64,000 nucleotides of DNA from Eledone cirrhosa (GCA_964016885.1 OZ024740.1:205220001-205284000); one strand, 5' to 3'. Counted from the first letter of the stretch, positions 24,294 to 37,914 are shown. The notes: generated by a model from the letters alone, not told the origin. A program made the numbers and translations.

Positions 24294-27200
24294 CCCTCTC
24301 AGACGAGAAGTTGAATAATCAAACGAAGGTCATTGTAGCGAGAACCCGTAAGAAATGAGGAGCAAAACAAAAGGTACAAGAAAATGAATGAATAAAACAA
24401 AACATGAGCAAGAAAATAGCAAAGGAGCACAAAACAAGTAAATGCATTTTACAAAGAAAAATGTGAATGTAACAAACTGATAATTCAAAGTTAATATAAG
24501 GGAGCAGAGAAAATTAATGCTCTATGGTAAGTTCAAAGTTTTTTAAAGTTTTTCAAAGTCAAATAGTTCATGCATCACCAGTGTACAGGCTTTCTGACAC
24601 TAGTTCTATCTGAAAACTGAAAAAGAAGTTTGTTAATGCCACTAGGGGTTAGATGTATATTGTTTTTGAAAGTTTTCATGGCCATTTTACCGTTTGCCAC
24701 CTCGTGTGACATAAGGTTGTGTGGTATGTGGTGTTTGAGGTGAAGGTGTTGGTGTGGGAGTGTATGTAAGAAGTATGTCAGGCAGTGTAATGAGACTTTC
24801 AGAGAAAGCCTTCTTTGCACTGTTAATGGATATTTTCTCTTTTCGACCATTGACAGCCACTGTGAAATGTTTGGGTGTGTGCGAAAGCACACGAAAAGGT
24901 CCATTGTAGGGTGACGTAAGAGGTCCCTTGACCGAATCATTCCGTATGAAAATGTGTGTCCACGTAGAGATGTCCGATGGGACAGCAGAAGAAATAGATT
25001 GGTCACGAGGGTTCATCGGTGGAAGATCCGAGAAATACGAACGAATCCTGGTGACATACGATGCTGGGTCAAGATGTGATGAATCCACTGGTGCTAACAT
25101 TTGTCCAGGAAGAGACAATGTGGTACCATAAAGAAGTTCAGCAGAAGAAAAACCTAAATCTGTCTTAATGGCAGAACGACAACCAAGAAGCACGATTGGC
25201 AAAAATTTGGTCCAACGTTGCGGATCAGGAGTAACACAAATCGCTTCTACCTTAGATGGCAAAGGTTGAATGCCTTCTGAATTTATAAGATGTCCAAGGA
25301 ATTCCAGTGAATCTGTACCAAACACACATTTAGCTGGGTTGATTCTGACTTGGTACGGTCGGAGACGTTGAAATAACTGGGATAGATGTTGATGGTGCTC
25401 AGCTGAATCACTGGCTATCAGGAGATCATCTACGTAAGCAAACACGAAATCCAATCCACGCGTGACTTCATTGATAAAACGTTGGAATGTACTAGAGGCA
25501 TTCCGCAAACCAAAAGGCATGGACAAAAATTCAAACGAACCAAAAGGGTATGTCTTCTGGATGCATGGGTATTTGATGGTAAGCGCGTACCAGATCTATT
25601 TTAGAAAATATCTTGCATCCATGCAGAACGGATGAAAAATCCTCTAAATTTTGGTAAAGGATAACGATCAGGTGTAGTGATAGCATTAAGTCATCTATTA
25701 TCTCCCACAGGTCTAAAATCCGCCTCACCCTTACAAGCCAAATGAAGCAGAGATGCTCATGGGCTGGTTCACGGTCGTATAAGATCAAGCTGAAGCATGT
25801 GTTCGAACTCATCCCTGGCTTTCTTTAGCCTGTCCGGAGCCAACCTATGTGGACGAGAGAAAACAGGCGGAGCAGTTGTTGTAACAAAATGTCGAGTCGA
25901 GTGGACTACTTGATTCGGTTTAAATGAAATGTCAGTTTACTCGGGAAACGAGGCAAGAAGTGAATGAAACTGGTTTCCAGAGGCAGCTATGAAACACGTG
26001 GGACTTATGACAGTAGTGGTAGAACCATGAGCAGGCGTAGATAAGGATGTGGTACCATCCACAAGTTTCTGTCTCCTGACATCTACCAATAGTGAATAGT
26101 GGTGTAAAAAATCAGCACCGAGAATAGGATGAGGTAGGTCCACAACGATGAAAATCCATTTGAAATCTCGATGCAAAGCTTGGTTTACTGCATACAAGGA
26201 AATGCCGGAAAAATTTGGCTTGGTAGAGCTGAACCGAAGAGGCCAAATACTGCAACTATGCCAAATACTGTGTCGACCATAAATGATTTGTTTGAAACTC
26301 GGACTCTGATAAAGAAAGCACGATAAGGAGAATTAATGAGGGAGAGGTCTGTTGTGCCCAGACTCCAATTTTAGTTTTCCGAGGTCTTGAATGAGCAGGG
26401 CTGAATACAATGTTTCGCCTTTTCACGAAAACGCACGTGATACCAACACAAAGATGAGTTGTTGGTGGGGAGGTTGGAGCGACGATAAAGAGAAGGAGAC
26501 CGATTCCGTGAATGCCACCTGGATGGCGCTCGCTCCCGACACAGTTTAGCCACTTGACGAGTTAACGCGTCAATGGCCCTCAGCATAGAGTCCTCACGAG
26601 GTGAAGCAGGCTGTGTTTTAAAAGTAGAAGAAGCGATGAGTGAATCTGCCGAAGTAGGCGCACGAGAAAATTCCATTATGCGATCTGCCGAGGCTGCAAT
26701 TTGGTCCAGAGAACTGGTGTCGACCATATTTGCCAATATGGTCTGCACATTTTTGGCAAACGGGAGAAGAAGAATTGTTTCACGAAAGAGTTGTCCTCTG
26801 CTGTTGAGTCGCTCAGTTCCCGGATGTGCCATAAAAACTGAGACGGGGTTCTATCTCCCAGGTTTTCCTCCTCCAACAAGGAACGAAATTTGCTCTCAGA
26901 CGAACGGCTGTTCTGTCTGAGCACTTCTGCCTTTAGGGTTTCGTAAGATGTGCCTTGTGGGGGATCTGTGATTATGTCTTTAACTGAGGTTGCGAGCGAT
27001 GCAGGAATTCCACTTATGTGCACGTGTAGTCTTTGTTGTGCCGCTTGAACACCGTGGGCAGCAAAATACAACTTTGCATCACCAGAATATGTCGGTAACG
27101 AAGAATTGCTCATGATGAACACTAGCTGCTGAGCGAAAATTTTTTCCAACTGCCGCACACGTGGTTTAACTTTCATGAACCAGCCAACGACAACACATTT

Positions 27201-27584
27201 GAAAGGAAAAAAAATTAGCTGTATTTTCAAAATTATATGCACACGTGGTGGTACCATGAATAGCTGAAGTAAGATGTAACACCAAGCAAGTAAGATGGTG
27301 ACTTCAAAACGAGAGCTTGGTTGAATCGACGACACGAGGGACAAAAATTTTGTTTTCTATTCTTTGTTCGCCCCACACAAACTGACTGAAATAAAACGAA
27401 TTTCCTGGAGTCGTGAATATTTTTTTTTTTTTCTGTGTAGTTGTTGGGTTTACCATTTTAGCGGAGTTGTTTAGCAATATTTGTGTAGCAATAAGTTGTG
27501 ATAGTGTATGAAAATATTTGTCACTACTTTTATACGCTGTTGAATGAATGTATTTGTTTTGCTGCGTATTCGGAGGTCACCATT

Positions 27585-28035
27585 TTTAGTGAGCTGGTCC
27601 CAGGGTTACTTACTCCAGTAAGTACCACTGGATCCCAACTACTAAATTTAATAGAAATATGAGATAGGAGAATTTTCATACAATATCATGACGTGTGAGA
27701 ATTATCTCTCACTACAAGAAGTAATGACTGAAAGTGTAACGAATTTCTCAAAACGAGTATCAAAAATAACTTGCATTTATTGTAGTCCATGTTACAAACG
27801 TGGTAAACAAATATCCTCGTGGCATAACGAGGTATAATCCTGAACCTTGAGATGTGGTTGGAGAAAGGTTAGCATGCTTGCACTCGATGTGGTCAGTTTG
27901 AGAAAAGCCGCCAAAAAGAGGAAGATGGATTTCAGTTTCCTCTTTTATAATCCCTTGAACGGAAGTTAAAAGGAAGGTTCTAGAATTTCAACAGGAAGTA
28001 ACTCTAGCTACTTCCCTTGTCTAGAGAGCGCTACA
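27585..28035 (-). repeat. 5' LTR of the Gypsy element (451 bp)
   Basis: Starts TGTAGCG on the - strand, has a TATAAAA box and an AATAAA signal, and is followed by the PBS. About 6 substitutions versus the other LTR by eye. Confidence 0.9.
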
Positions 28036-28748
28036 AACATATGGACTTGATATTAAAAAATATATCAGTGAAGAGAGATGGAATGAGATGGCTAGGTCAT
28101 TTTATTGAGGAAGGATGGAAGTGATTAGGTGAGAGGAGTGATGGATGTGGAGGGAAAGGAAGACCAAGCAAGACATGATGGAGGAGGAAGAATTTAAAAT
28201 TAAGGTGTTTGTAAAGTGAGGGCTGAGTTGCAGAGGGTAGAGCAAAATGGAGAAGTTTGACATGGGGTCTGCAAGACCAATCCCTGCTTTTGTAGGGAAA
28301 ATGGTCTTGAATGTTGTGATTTTGGCCCATCACCAAGAGTGGGCACTGGATAGCACTGTCCCCTACGTTTCAATAATGGCCCCTAAGATTTAGAAAATAG
28401 AGTTAATAAAAAAAATGTCCTGAAATAAGTTCTTTGAAGTTTTTACTAACTTTTCTTCTCAAAACCAGAACAAAGAACAAAAATAGATTTAAAAACAAAG
28501 TTAACCAAAGAAGTTGGTCCAAAAATTTCTAGGGAATTAGGGTGCCTACCTGGAAAATCCCGAAGTTAACCAAAGTATCTAAGCCTGACAATGGGCCTAT
28601 TGCGATTAAGGCAAATTGAAATGAAACAACTACTAACATTTTTTTCAAGTGGTAATAAATACTTCTCGTATTTTATGCTTAAATTTGCTCATTAAATATG
28701 TATAGTTTAGTATATATTTCTCATTTGTTTTATAATTTCAGACATAAT

Positions 28749-29108
28749 ATGGCTTCTCCACCACGTTTTGCATATCTTGATTTGGAAAATAGCCAAAACC
28801 AAAACAATAGCAAGACTACTACTAAATCATCCAACAATGAAATACCAGCTGGCACCAGCAGCTTTATGGAGGTGCTTACCCCTACTACATTTTCCTTAGC
28901 TCTTGAAAGCAATGCTGGTATTGACTGTTTTGGGAATGAACGCCATGCTTTGGCCAACCAGGCCAAATTCTTTAATAACCAGCTTTTAAGTGATATCACA
29001 TTGGTTGTCGTGAAGAAAAAGTACTTTTGCCATAAATTGATTCTTGTAAAATCAAGCGATGTATTTGAACGCATGTTTAGTTCTGACTGGGATAAATCCC
29101 AACGGAAG
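28749..29108 (+). CDS. BTB/POZ-BACK protein (BTBD17-like), first coding exon (120 codons)
   Basis: Acceptor tttcAG at 28741, ATG at 28749, BTB start FNNQLLSDITLVV...FCHKLILVKSSDVFERMF, and a phase-0 donor AAG|GTAAGT at 29109. Confidence 0.9.
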
Positions 29109-31527
29109 GTAAGTCATTTTTATTTATTTATCTTTCAGGATCTTTACTAATTTCAGTCATACTGCAGCCATGCTGGAGCACTGCCTTCAATGGGTCCAGT
29201 TGATCATATTGACTCCAGTACTTATTTTATTCAAGTTTCATACTTATATTACCCATCTCACTTTTTGTTTAACTGCTAAGATGTGGGACATACTAAATGT
29301 AAACATAGATATTAGCACCCTCCACACACATTCATATATATATAAATCATCATCACCATTTAACATCTATTTTTCCATGCTTGTATGGGTTAGAGGGGTT
29401 TCTCCTGTGGTCAGCTGGCTGTGCCGTTCTTTGCTCAAACGAGACTGTATTTTGGCTGGGATTTTTACAGCTGGATGTCCTTCTTAACACCAACCATGTT
29501 TACTGTGGGGAACTGGGTGGCCCTGTTATGAGACAAGTCTTGCCCGATGGCTGCACCGTACGTATATATATATATAGGGCTTCTACACAGTTTCTGTCTA
29601 CCAAATTTCACTCAATGTATTGGTCAACCCGAGGCTATAACAAAAGACATTTGCCCAAAGTGCTATGTGGTGGAATTGACCCGAAAACCACATTGTTGTG
29701 AAGCAAACTCTTTAGCTACTCAGCCATGTCTGGGGAATTGATAGAGTTGGTAGAACATAGGACAAGATGTCTTGCAGTATTTGTCCTGGTCTTCTGCACT
29801 GTGAATTTAAATCCCACTGACTTCAATTTTGCCATTGATCTTTTCAGAGTCAATAAAGTATCAGTCCAAGGTGATGGATAGGCAGAATTGTTAGAATGTT
29901 GGACAAAATGTTTTGCAGTATTTGTTCTGGCTCTTTGTATTCTGAGCTCAGATCTTGCTGTGGCCTACTTAGGTGGTAGACTTAACCTGTTGCCTAGTTT
30001 AGCACTACCACCTGGGACCTTGGGCACTTTTAATGGAAGTCACTCTGTTCCAAACATTCAGGCCAGGTATTTGGTTTGAGGATATCTTCCTTCCTTCCAC
30101 CAGTCTTGGAGGCCTTGCAAAGAGGTTATGACACTGCTCTTCTTTCTCTGGCTAAACAGCAAAACGAAAAATTAATGTGAAATATAGTGTATGATGAGAA
30201 AATTATCATTGCAGTTCTCATCCTACTCTAAAGTTTTGGCTGTAGCACCAACCAGGAATTGAACCTGGTTTACAGATTCAGCTCTCTGTTAGCTTACAAC
30301 AGCTCTGAACTAAGTGCACATGATCTTTTATGTATTTAGACATGTTGATTAAGGAAGATATGGGCAGATGTGGTGAGAGCAGATCTCAAAAGACTGAACC
30401 TCACAGAGATTTCTAAGGACTACAACAAATGGAGGGTAGCTGTGCTGGAAAAGACACACTCAAACCATGCAAGCATGATAAGGGTAATGATGATGATAAC
30501 ACAGCTTTAGACCATTTGGTTACCCTTTTGATACCAAACTGCCCTGATGTTTTAAATATAAAAGTGTTTGTGTTTATCATCATATGTCCATTTTCCCTAT
30601 TAGAAAGGGTTGGATGGGTGCATTTTATTGTGGTATCAGCACCAGGGAAGTTGTCATGTTCTTTATACAACAGAAGAGTCTTTTCATTAGTGTTTATATT
30701 TATATAAAACCTTCCATCATAATTTTATGTAAGAACCTTTGTTATGTTACAAACACCAGCTTAATAATGAGAAAGTTGGTTATATAACAATCATTAGGGA
30801 TTTGTCTATTGTTATGACACAAGTATTTTACTAGTATTTGTTGTCACTTTTAGAGAGATGAAGTAGACACATCATCAGCATCGTTAAACATCCATTTTTC
30901 ATGCTAGCATGGATAGGACACAGTATGACTGAAGGCTTTACATTAAGATCTCAGGTTTAGTTCCACTGTATGGGATCTTTGGTGAGTGTCATTTACCATG
31001 AACTTGGACTGACCCAAGCCTTCTTGTACATGTAATTCACTGCCAGAGGGAATCTCCCTGGGATTTATATTAAGGGTATATGTGTCTGTGGAATGCTCAG
31101 CCACTTACATATTAATTTCACAAGCAGACTGTTCCGTTAATAAATCAATTAGAACACTATCATAGAAACTGATAGATGTGTATTCCATTCCAGACGGATG
31201 AAAGGTAAAATTTATCCTTGTGGAATTTAAAATTATAATTTAGTGAAGTGATAAGATGAAAGGCATTCAGTCTAGCATTTCACCATTTCTGTTAACTCAT
31301 GGCCATTCTTTGAAAATAATGGTAAACCCTTGAAATCATGTGTAAGTCTTAAGACTGGTTAATTGTTTTGTATATTGGCTAAAATCAGTTCTGTATGAAC
31401 AAGACATGGTCACCTGACTTAGCATTACCCACAACAGGACAACTCGTTTAACCCTATTTGATTTACCTAAGCCCTCATTGATAGTTTTTATAAGTTGTAT
31501 CTCAGTAGACAGCTAAAGAGAGTATTC

Positions 31528-31570
31528 AATCACTGATGAAACTCCAACAGGATTGAAACCAGTCTGGCTG
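31528..31570 (+). ncRNA. Degenerate minimal type I hammerhead ribozyme motif (Penelope-type) in the BTB gene intron
   Basis: CTGATGA (31533-31539), stem II aactcc/ggatt with one bulge, GAAAC (31555-31559), ca, GTC, and a weak stem I tca/tgg. Confidence 0.5.
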
Positions 31571-31744
31571 ATCCCTTTTTCCTGTCCATGTAGATATTGT
31601 ATATATAGACTTTTATATTTGTCTATTACACACAGTATTGGCTAAAATCTATAAATATACTCTCTAGTACAGTACACTATTAGTTTATTAATCCCATGAG
31701 AAATCTATCTTATATATATATATTGTTTTTTTAATTTTTTACAG

Positions 31745-32839
31745 GAGATTGAGCTACAAGAGGACAGTATGTGCGCCACTGTATTTCCACGCTTTCTTAA
31801 ATTTCTTTACAGCTGTCATGTGCGTCTGAACATTGGCAATACACTTTCCATGCTAATCCTTTCTGATAAATATAATGTAGAAGACCTTCGTACTGTTTGC
31901 ATAAACTTTGCCTGCACCTGTATTATTCCGCGACTACAATTGAAAGATGTTTTCCACATATGGTTCCAATATGGAACAAAGTGTTACCACAAAAAGTTGG
32001 TAGAAGCTTGTGTACAAGCACTGTCTGAAAAAATGGATGACATTATGATGTCAGTTGAATGGGAACAAGAATGGCTGACTATTGAGAGAGATCAGCTTAT
32101 TGAATTCTTGAAGAGTTCTGAGCTGACCATTAAAGATGAACATGAATTGTGGGAAGCTGTACTAAAATGGCTGCTTTCTTCTGAGCATCCTGCAAGAGCT
32201 GAAAGTCTCCGAAGTAATGTGAAAACAGTAATTGATCACATTAGGTTCCCTATGATGACTCCTGATCAATTATGTCAGGTAGAGAACAGTAAGGTTGCTC
32301 AGGAACTTCCTGATGTGTTCCAAACCTACTTGATGCAAGCCTACAAATATCATGCCCTCCCTTTAACCAGTAGAGCCATGATAAAAGAATTCACCTCTGC
32401 TAGCTTTTTGCTACGTAACTACACTGATCTTCGTTGGGACAAGCGCGTTATTATTCAACGCTACACAGAATGTCAGAAATGTGCTGAAGTCAGTTTCCGC
32501 TTCGCTACACGTGCTTCCACATTTCCTGCTCAAACATGGGAGTGGGAACTGAAGATTCATCCGAAAGGTTTTTCTTCAACTTGTGATGACTTTAGGGCTG
32601 TTTTGTACTCCAATCTCATTCTTGATCAACCAAGACCAGTGGAATATTTGCTGTCATTAGTTGATCGAGAAAAGATTCTGCACTCTGTAAGTGGTAAGAA
32701 AAATTTCTCAAAAACTAGGTATACCACTGACACAGAAATGGACAAAAAGATCTCCCTCAGTGACCTATCCCAGCCTAACTGCCCCCTCTTGATTGATGAT
32801 AATCTTGTTCTACAGATTGTTCTTAGGCCAGTTGGATAA
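31745..32839 (+). CDS. BTB/POZ-BACK protein (BTBD17-like), last coding exon; BTB C-half, BACK domain and MATH/TRAF-like C-terminus; spliced protein 484 aa
   Basis: Acceptor ttttacAG|GAG is in phase 0 with the previous exon. Reads EIELQED..FPRFLKFLYS..LSDKYNVEDL..C, BACK motifs EHELWEAVLKW and HIRFPMM, then a beta-rich WEWELKIHPKGF...DDNLVLQIVL. The frame is uninterrupted. Confidence 0.93.
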   Translation, partial: EIELQEDSMCATVFPRFLKFLYSCHVRLNIGNTLSMLILSDKYNVEDLRTVCINFACTCIIPRLQLKDVFHIWFQYGTKCYHKKLVEACVQALSEKMDDIMMSVEWEQEWLTIERDQLIEFLKSSELTIKDEHELWEAVLKWLLSSEHPARAESLRSNVKTVIDHIRFPMMTPDQLCQVENSKVAQELPDVFQTYLMQAYKYHALPLTSRAMIKEFTSASFLLRNYTDLRWDKRVIIQRYTECQKCAEVSFRFATRASTFPAQTWEWELKIHPKGFSSTCDDFRAVLYSNLILDQPRPVEYLLSLVDREKILHSVSGKKNFSKTRYTTDTEMDKKISLSDLSQPNCPLLIDDNLVLQIVLRPVG

Positions 32840-35800
32840 ATGTTTGTCTCTTGTTGTTTTGTAAATATCTACCCTTGTCCAAAGCTACTCACTTGCTTCT
32901 CATCAGCTTTAAAATACTGATACCTACATATAAACATATACATACACATATATAATGATTGAAATAAGTCTGACAAACCCTTCTTCATTTAAAATCTTAT
33001 TTTTATTGTTTCTGTTAAAGAAAAGAAAAGATAGAGACTAATGTTGTTTTTTGTTCCCCTGGTTAGACTTAGAATCAGGCTTAAAATCTTCTAAAAAGGC
33101 AGAATTAGTGGCCTATGGCCCTAGTGTAGTAGTTAACATATTCATTTGGTATCCAAGAGATGTGGGCTGGATTTATCTCAGGAGTCTCTGTCCATTTATC
33201 TCATCTCCAGGAGTATTTTACCTGATTTTCTCAACAATTATTATAGTCCTTTCTGCATTTGGGCGTTCACATTTCTAATTTCATGTATATTTTCCTTAAT
33301 TGTTTAATGCATTGTACATTCCAATTATACTAAGACCTTGTTGAAGCCAGTAGCAGTTGAGTCAGTATTGAGGTTTTGCTATGTTAATCAAAGAGATATA
33401 TTTTTGGATTATGGATACTTTTAAACATATTTCACATTTGAAGTTTTTAGGACTTTTTCTAGTAACAAGTTTAGTAATTATAAAATTTGTTATTAAAAGT
33501 GACGCATTCTTCTGAAAATTTGCTGAAGTAAACAGTCACTATTAATAACAAATATTATATTGACTCTGTAAACAGTATATGAGTCCTTCATTTAGTGCAT
33601 TTATTACACAAACCCATAAAATAAGCATTTATAGATATGTTGATTATTAATTTCACATTGTTATGCTCAAAGGTTATTACTGATTTTGTAGTTTCTATAC
33701 TATTACTGTGGTATTCCAAAACAAAAAGAATATCTCAACTGTTGAATTTATAAACCAGGAAAAATTTGCAATAATTTAACCCTTTTGACACCAACCCAAC
33801 CAAAACTGGCTTTGGTTGTACGAAACATGAAAGGGTTAAAAACATTTGATTTAATTCATTGTTTATATCTGACTTCATGTATATTTATACACTTGCTTTA
33901 CATTTAAAATTTCTAGTTATAAATATTAAATAATTATTTATAGAAATTAAATTTCTATAGTTGTATTAAAAATTAAATAATTATTAACAGAAATAAAATT
34001 TCTGTAATTGCATTAGAAATTAAATAATAATTAACAGAAATTAAATTTGATATGTGTAAAAGTATATTTAAATATTTTGATTTGAAGCCACCAGAAATTG
34101 TCCTTGGTTCTATGGTGCAAAAATGTTTTAAGGTAAGCCTTCTATTACAATTTTATGTAAGAAACTTAGTTATCTTTTCTAAACACCAACTTAATAATAA
34201 TAAAGTTAGTCATATTATTATACCCCTCCAATTCTTGATCATTTTCAAAATTATTTGAAGATCATAGACTAATGGATTTCCTTAGAAATATGGTAAGAAA
34301 GAGTTAAACTAATGCCATTCTTATGGTTAAAAATGTATTCACTAAAGTTCAAGGCAAGTATCAATTTCAAATTTTGTTGAGTTGGGGATTAGCTAAATCT
34401 TGTCTCCTTTCACATGCTATAAGTATGAGTTGTCTATTAAGGACATATTTGTACAAAGTAACAAATGTTCTAGAAGGTATCACAGAACCTTTTTAGACAA
34501 CCTAATACAATATATGTCAACATATTTAAATATTTAAAACAGAAAGACAACAACAAGACCAATCAATCTCTTTCTATCATGGAATTCTATGTAATATTTG
34601 TATCTACATAATAGAAATGTTAACAGATACTGAAATTATGATAGAAAGTTTGTTATTACTGTTACATTCCCATTTAAATATATACTAAGACTATTGTGAA
34701 GGGGTTTTGCTTCATGATTGTAAGGTCATTAGATTGATTCTGGCTGTGTGTTGTTCTTAAGATAATCGCTTTATTTCACTTTGCTGGCTAAAATATGTGG
34801 ACCAACTTTGTCACACTCTGAGTCCATGTGTCTGTAGAATGCTCAGCCACTTGTAATTTAATTTCACAATCCAGCTATTCAGTTCACATAATTAAAACAT
34901 TTGTCATCAGGATTGAGGGAGGTTTAACACATTAAAGCCAATGAAATAAATACAACATTCATCTTCATCACCATCACCATCATTGTTTAACATCTATTTT
35001 CCCAGCTAGCAAGGGTTTGATAAGCTGTCATAGTACTTAATTGAGGTTACTAACCTCTCAGATGAGCCAGGGGTCCACATCTCACCTACATACATTCCTG
35101 CACTCTACTGAGTGCACTAGGTTCATTTTATCATGGCACCAGCACAAGAGAGGTTGTTATGTTTATGACACAGCTGAAGAGTCCTCCTAACCCTTTGTTT
35201 GGTAGGTTTTCTATGACTTAAAATTATTTCATTTTATCTAATTGAGACATTTACATTCCATTCAATTTTGATTTCTATTTTATTAATAAGGTGATGGCAA
35301 AAACAGTAGAACGGCTTCTTAAATGTTTTACCTGTTTACTAGCTTTGTACTGTATTGTTTCAAAAGCAGCCAAGTTTTACTTTACCTTTTCCAGTGTTTA
35401 TAAAATAGGTACCATAGTAACATAGAAGAATTGATGCAAAAGAAATCAATATTTTCACAGTGATCAAAGCTAAGATTTAGTGAAATCAATGTTTCCATAT
35501 TTATGACTTCTATTTTGCTCAGATTTAAGCAAGTAACATTTCTTTTCCTTTGAACCTTCTTAAATGCTATTAATACTTCAGTGATTTTCCTCGTCATGGA
35601 ATCTGTGATAATATATTTAAGAAACATTTTACATTTTTTCTTAAGGGAGAAGAAATGTTAAAAGTAGAAACTGTTCTACAAAATAAATATTGAAGTTTAA
35701 TTTACTTAATATGTTGTTTTGGTATTGTCTAATACTATCTGTTTAGAACTTCTCTGTTATAAAACCGTTTGTTTTAAGAGTAGCTCTGTCTTAAGAATAT

Positions 35801-36709
35801 TTCTGTGTTTAGAACTCCTGTTTTAAAACCACCTCTGTATTTAGAAGTCATGTTTTAAGAATCTCTCTGTGTTTAAAACTCGTTTTAAAATCACCTCTGT
35901 ATTTAAAAGTCATGTTTTAAGAATCTCTGTGTTTAAAATCTGTTTTAAGAATCTTTTTGTGCTTGTTTGTGATGATACTATTTAGCAGCTGTAATAGAGC
36001 AGATATATAATTAAAGTCATTCCAGCCATGACCACTCCTTTGTTTTAAGGTCTCTAACACTACATTATCCAGTGTGTCCTTCCTTTTTTAAGACAGAACA
36101 GTGTGATTTGGGGAGATTTGGTTGCTATTTTTAGTAGTAAACTTGACCACAGTCTCTCTCCTTGATTTGTCTCTGTAAGTATGTCTGTGTATGTGGAAAA
36201 ATACACAACTTATTTTCCAAGTTCCTATTTTTTTCCTATTTTCTAGCAATTTGTGTGAGTAGTGGGGAGAAAACTAATCACAACTTGACCAAAACCACCT
36301 TTAATTTTATGAAAACCCCCACCCATTTTAAATGGTTTCCTATTTAAAATAACCCCCCCATCATAATTTTGTATCAAAACCTTTTAAGTTATATTACAAA
36401 TACCATAGCAATTCAACTACTTACTAAAACATTCCATTAACTGATCATTTCTATATATTTATTCTAATATAACTTTTAACATTCTGTACCACATGAAACC
36501 ACATTAGCAAGACGTTATTGAAAAATACATATGATGCAGAACTATGATTTACATCACATTAAAAATTAAAGCCTTTACTCAAATACTGCAAAATTTAACA
36601 ATGATCTGTCCACCAGTAAAGATACTACAAACATTTGAATCAACATGTTTTTTTTTTAATATTCTATGCTAAATCATAATAGCACATTGAATTAAATACA
36701 ATGGAATGA

Positions 36710-36800
36710 CAGGGTCCCAAACAATGTATACACACTTCATCATTCTAATAAATATTGCCTGTACAGGTAATCAAAGTGTGTATACATTTTTGGGGGAGGA
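36710..36800. mobile_element. Small Tc1/mariner-type MITE relic
   Basis: Inverted ends cccaaacaatgtatacacactt / aagtgtgtatacatttttggg. Confidence 0.55.
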
Positions 36801-37914
36801 CATATATAAAAAAGGAAATAAAAGAAATAAAGTAGTTTGTTCATTTTCCCTTTTGGTGCCAAATCATCTGTGGTTCTTACAATAACTGTTTGTTTTAAAG
36901 CATTTATAAAAGCCTATCATAATTCTGAAATACCAGGAATTATTGGCAAACTATTTTTTCCAACCTGTGGTGATTGTGATGTTTGAGGTAGCTGGGCTAC
37001 CGACAATGAAGTTCTTGTCAATGTTGGTGCCTCACCTTACCAACATATCAATTGATACTTGCAAGAGTGCTTGGCTATTCCATTACCTTAACCTTGCTAT
37101 CACCTGAGGCTAACTTAAAGAATTATTACAAGGAAACTCCAGCACCCTGTTATGTATGCCTGTCTTCTCTTTGCCATTATTTTTCTGATTTTTGTTTTCT
37201 TTCTTTTTCTCTGATTACTTCTCTTTGAATCTTTTGTAAATCATATTTATTTTTTCAAATCATAATTTCATGTAAGAACCTTTATTAAGTTATGTTCCAA
37301 ACTCTAGATAAATTATGTAAAAGTTAGTTAAATGACTAAATTCCTCCAAATTCTTGATTAATTTCAAAATCAAAATCACTTTAAAATCATTATTATTTCA
37401 TAAAACAGTGTTTTCCATTAGAAATATGGTAACAAAGGGTTTAACACTTTCAATATATTCCTAATGAAAGACACTGCCAATTGGTTGTAATAAATTTTGG
37501 AAGAATTTAAAGATATAACTAATTTTCATAATATTAAACTGATGTTTGGAACTTAACTGATAAAGATTTCTTACATAAAATCATGATGGAAGCTTTTAAT
37601 ATAAATATGAATACTTTAAACCAGACAGTTTTGTATCATAGAATCAGTAGCAGTCTCAGATGGTTTAGTAACGAAAGGTTTAAATACAATGAAATAATTA
37701 AAAAAGAGGAAATAAAACATTTTTTCATGTTATGTTATGTTTTATGGACAATTTTTTGGAAACTTGCCAGTATTTTGTTTTCATTTTTTATTTGCATGAT
37801 TCTTTTGAAAAAAAAGTAAGTAAAATGTGAAACTATATTTTGATTATATTTTGTTATTCCATATAAAAAAAAAAAGTTCCCATTTCTGCTGTTTTTAATC
37901 CTGGGACTTTTTTT

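Larger units (their letters stand above)
23874..28035 (-). mobile_element. Ty3/Gypsy LTR retrotransposon, CsRn1/Boudicca-like, internally deleted and non-functional
   Basis: Paired LTRs, a tRNA-Trp-like PBS TGGTGACC at 27582-27575 and a PPT (gagagggg) at 24300-24293. Gag has CWYH-x9-C-x3-C, protease FMVDT...ILGADFL and RT FSKIDLVRAYHQIP, MPFGLRNA, YVDD. The RT joins directly to the integrase C-terminus (W..FLPIVLLG.R, SPYNGPFRV). Possible 4-bp TSD aata/aaca. Confidence 0.93.
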
